Origin: Eledone cirrhosa
Taxonomy: Eukaryota
DNA: 64,000 nt
Assembly (NCBI GenBank): GCA_964016885.1
Contig: OZ024740.1
Coordinates: forward strand, 129,394,001-129,458,000
Reading direction: 5' to 3'
Below the pieces are notes generated by a model that did not search any database, was not told the origin of the DNA, and saw only the letters and a program-made list of their open reading frames with translations. Position numbers and translations under genes: made by a program. Position 1 is the first letter of the stretch. Each line of letters opens with the position of its first letter. This document shows positions 59,858 through 64,000 of this stretch, piece after piece.

Positions 59858-60558
59858 AGTATAAGTTGGTTGTATACCACACCTCAGTATGCAGATTAGA
59901 GCACTCGACGAAGTGCGTAGGTTGGTTTGGTTACTCCGGAATAATGTAAAATAAAATAAAATAAATAAGTCAAATGTTTAAAATTTGGCTTCGTTTATTA
60001 CTGCTATATATATTTCGGTGACAGCCATCTTTGGCTGTGACCTCTTCAGGCAGTCCGAATTAGTGTGCTAGAGACGAGTACACATGTTGTTGAGGTGTAT
60101 AACTTTGTCAATACTGTGATATGTCCAGTTCCTGATGGAGTTATTATTTCACTGAGGAACTGGAATCATAGGAATTTAAACAAACGAATTTCAGCGCCAA
60201 AGGGCCTATTCTCCTCTCATTGGTCAGTTGTTAGAACATTCCTCAGTCAAAATGTTCTAACAACTGACAGAGAATGTTCTAACAACTGACCAATGAGGGG
60301 AGAAGAGGCCCTTTGACGCTGAAATTCGTTTGTTTAAATTCATATGATTCTAGTTCCTAAGTGAAATATCAACCCAACCAGGAATTGGACATATCAGAGT
60401 ATTGATAAATTTATACAACTCAACAACATGTGTACTCGTCTCTACCACACTAATTCGGACTGGCCGAAGAGGTCACAGCCAAAGATGGCTGTCACCGAAA
60501 TATATAGCACTAATAATCGAGGCCAAATTTTAAACATTTGACTTATTTATTTTATTTT
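59855..60558. mobile_element. Fold-back non-coding element with an HHR on each strand, copy 1
   Basis: Arms about 59950-60241 and 60274-60558. Intact HHR at 60000-60054 (-) and a mutated HHR at 60459-60511 (+). The left arm has a ~90-bp extension. Confidence 0.9.
60000..60054 (-). ncRNA. Minimal type I hammerhead ribozyme
   Basis: Minus strand: ACTGC-CTGAAGA-GGTCACAGCC/GGCTGTCACC-GAAA-TATATA-TA-GCAGT. Perfect 5-bp stem I and palindromic stem III. Confidence 0.85.
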
Positions 60559-60574
60559 ATATATATATATGAAT

Positions 60575-60701
<127 letters not shown>

Positions 60702-60702
60702 G

Positions 60703-60770
<68 letters not shown>

Positions 60771-60772
60771 CA

Positions 60773-61485
60773 TTTTGAGTATATGTTGGTTGTATACCAA
60801 CACCTCAGTTTGCAGATTGGAGCACTGGACGAAGTGCGCAGGTTGGTTTGGTTCCTCCGGAGTAATGTAAAATAAAATAAAATAAATAAGGGAAATGTTT
60901 AAAATTTGGCTTCGTTTATTACTGCTATATATATGTCGGTGACAGCCATCTTTGACTGTGACCTCTTCAGGCAATCCGAATTAGTGTGGTAGAAACGAGT
61001 ACACATGTTGTTGAGGTGTATAACTTTGTCAATACTCAGATATGTCCAGTTCCTGGCTGAGTTATTATTTCACTGTGGAACTGGAGTCATATGAATTTAA
61101 ACAAACGAATTTCAGCGTCAAGGGGCCTCTTCTCCTCTCATTGGCTAGTTGTTAGAACATTCCTCAGTCAAAATGTTCTAACAATTGACAGGAATGTTCT
61201 AACAACTGACCAATGAGAGGAGAAGAGGCCCTTTGACGCTGAATTCGTTTGTTTAAATTCCTATGATTCCAGTTCCTCAGTGAAATGACAACCCAACCAG
61301 GAACTGGACATATCTGAGTATTGACAAAGTTATACACCTCAACAACATGTGTACTCGTCTCTACCACACTAAATCAGACTAGCTGAAGAGGTCACAGCCA
61401 AAGATCGCTGTCACCGAAATATATATAGCAGTAATAAACGAAGCCAAATTTTAAACATTTGACTTATTCATCTTATTTTATTTTA
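60773..61485. mobile_element. Fold-back HHR element, copy 2, in tandem with copy 1
   Basis: Same layout and same central junction as 59855-60558. HHRs at 60921-60975 (-, GAAA changed to GACA) and 61378-61432 (+, core intact, stem I weakened). Confidence 0.9.
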
Positions 61486-61503
61486 TATATATATTCATAT
61501 ATA

Positions 61504-61577
<74 letters not shown>

Positions 61578-61605
61578 AAAGAATAGAGGTGTAACACACA
61601 AGTTA

Positions 61606-61999
61606 TTATATATTGGTAAACGGAATAGAAAATGCTTACAAATTGTTCACAGTTGAAAAATGGTTTAATTAGGAATAAAAGAGTATTACTGATTGTATGG
61701 CTTAGTATTCAGTTGTGGTTTTAAGTTTTTAAGTTTTTACCGGTTGCGCATTTCTAAATGCTTTTCAAAAATAAATTTGAGATAGAGTGTACGTGCTGTT
61801 TGCTCTGATCAGAGCAACAGCACGGACACTCTATCTCAAAATTATTTTTGAAAAGCATTTAGAAATGCGCAACCGGTAAAAACTTAAAAACTTAAAACCA
61901 CAACTGAATACTAAGCCATACAATCAGTAATACTCTTTTATTCCTAATTAAACCATTTTTCAACTGTGAACAATTTGTCAGCATTTTCTATTCCGTTTA

Positions 62000-62007
<8 letters not shown>
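61606..62007. repeat. ~400-bp spacer-less palindrome
   Basis: Arms are nearly identical and centred on GCTCTGA|TCAGAGC at 61808/61809. Bounded by (TA)n. Confidence 0.92.
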
Positions 62008-62049
<42 letters not shown>

Positions 62050-62199
62050 AAATTAAGACAAATTAAATGAATTTAATCCAAATCGAAATTGTGGGTGTCA
62101 GGCCATAACGACGTGCGCCATATCGCCCTGAAAATAAGCTCGAAGATTTTGTAGGTCCGAGCATTTTATAATAACTAGAAATTGATTAACATATATATC

Positions 62200-62437
62200 A
62201 ATAAATATAAACATGAATAATCACAGGAGATAATGTTTACAAGCGTAGCTAGTAGGTAACAAATAAATAAAGTTGACTAGAACTTCAAAAATAGATACCT
62301 TTTAATATGATTAATCATATTAAAATGTATCTATTTTTGAAGTTCTAGTCAACTTCATTTATTTGTTGCCTACTAGCTATGCGTGGTTACACGCTTGTGA
62401 AGATTATCTCCTGTGATTATTCATGTTTATATTTATG
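62200..62437. repeat. ~240-bp spacer-less palindrome
   Basis: Centred on ATATGATT|AATCATAT at 62312/62313, with a small indel between the arms. Confidence 0.88.
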
Positions 62438-62487
62438 TATATATATGTTAATCAATTTCTCGTTATTATATATATATATATATGCAT

Positions 62488-62530
<43 letters not shown>

Positions 62531-62538
62531 TATATATA

Positions 62539-62663
<125 letters not shown>

Positions 62664-62699
62664 ATATATACATATGTAGGAGGTGAGTTTTATTGTAGT

Positions 62700-63633
62700 A
62701 CAATAAAGCAATGCTGATATCGGATAAGAAGCACTCTACGGGTTTGTAGGACTGGAGTATACATAATATATAAGATCAAAAGCTGGTTAAATGAGTTCCG
62801 TGTATTTCATTATGCGCATTTCAAAAACAAATATCATCATGCAATAACATTTGTGTTTTCATCAGATAAAATAGGAGGACATGATATGAAGGTTAAAAAC
62901 ACTTGTGGATAGTGCAGTTTTAAATCAACATATGAAAAGTAGTTTTAGATTGATGTGTCATATTGGGGAAACATTTTTTTTTTGAGGGGGGAGGTTGGAA
63001 AGGATGAAAAAGAGGAGGAGATGAGAGTAAAAAGTGGAGGGGGAGGAGTATAATGAGGAAGGATGAGATAGGAGCAGAGATGGCTGATAGAGAGAGAGTG
63101 ATAGCTTTTATAACTGAGAAAAATATATTGTTTTACATAGAGAGGTTGAAAAACCGTTGGAAGATATTGTATAAATTAAAAGATTTTGAAAATTAACGAA
63201 GAGAAAAATAATGTAAAGTTAAGGTTTGTATATTGAAGGGTTTAATAATATGTGCGATGGAAAGAAAATGTTGATATGTATTATTAAAAAAACAGAAGTA
63301 ATGTAAGTAAGGATATATTGTGAGATGAGCATGAATAAGTTAGATGAAAGTGAGAAAAAAATAATGAATAGAGGATGAATAATCTAACGTCAAAAAAATA
63401 TTTATGTTTACGAATGATTTTTTCAAGGTGAAATAAAGTAAGAATATAGTGTATTGTGTAATAATTGTTTCTATGTTAGGCACAGTGAGAAAAGGTACAG
63501 ATTAGGGGTTAAAAATTAAATGAAAAAGAAAAGAAAAGGGAAAAGGAAGAAAGGGAAGTGATTAATAGGAATGATATAGAATATGATAAATACCTTTGAA
63601 TTAAGGTAGAAAGATGGGTATATTTTTAAAGAA

Positions 63634-63727
<94 letters not shown>

Positions 63728-64000
63728 CTTTGAGAAAGAATGCTATAGTTAATAATATTGGAAAAAGAATATCTAACCTATCTTTTAATAAAAACATCTT
63801 CGATGCTGACACCAAATACTATAATAACGCGCTTTCTTTAAGCCGGCTATCCTGGTAAAATCAAATATAATAAAGAAACAAATTCTAGAAAATCTTACAG
63901 TAGAATAATTAATCATGATCATTCCAATAACTTTAATAAAAGACCTAGATACAAAAACATAATCTGGTATAATGCTCCTTTCTCCATCTCTATTAATAAT
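62700..64000. mobile_element. PLE related to 25365-30295: inverted pLTR followed by a plus-strand ORF fragment running off the window
   Basis: 62700-63634 is a purine-rich tract resembling an inverted pyrimidine-rich pLTR and contains an HHR. 63722-64000 encodes NAIVNNIGKRISNLSFNKNIFDADTKYYNNAL, similar to NTIVNSVQERISRISANKNILDEKAHYYNEAL. Confidence 0.75.
62803..62873 (-). ncRNA. Minimal type I hammerhead ribozyme in an inverted pLTR
   Basis: Minus strand: TATTTTAT-CTGATGA-long stem II-GAAA-TGCGCA-TA-ATGAAATA. Stem I is identical to that of the 26052 family. Confidence 0.82.

Overview
AT-rich, microsatellite-saturated animal genomic DNA. The SINE and (TA)n landscape suggests a coleoid cephalopod, probably an octopus (inference). 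I find no credible host protein-coding exon, and most ORF-track calls are translations of (TA)n/(CA)n/(GA)n. The window is a graveyard of retroelements: several Penelope-like element (PLE) lineages (RT plus GIY-YIG), RTE, Dong/R4 and CRE-type LINE fragments, and tRNA-derived SINEs. The most notable signal is about 20 minimal type I hammerhead ribozyme (HHR) motifs from at least 6 sequence families. They sit in PLE pseudo-LTRs, in a 521-bp tandem retrozyme-like unit, and in non-coding fold-back elements with one HHR on each strand; several fold-backs are spacer-less palindromes. Two insertions show twin-priming-type 5' inversions. All folds and alignments were done by eye, so coordinates are approximate (a few nt for motifs, tens of nt for element ends).
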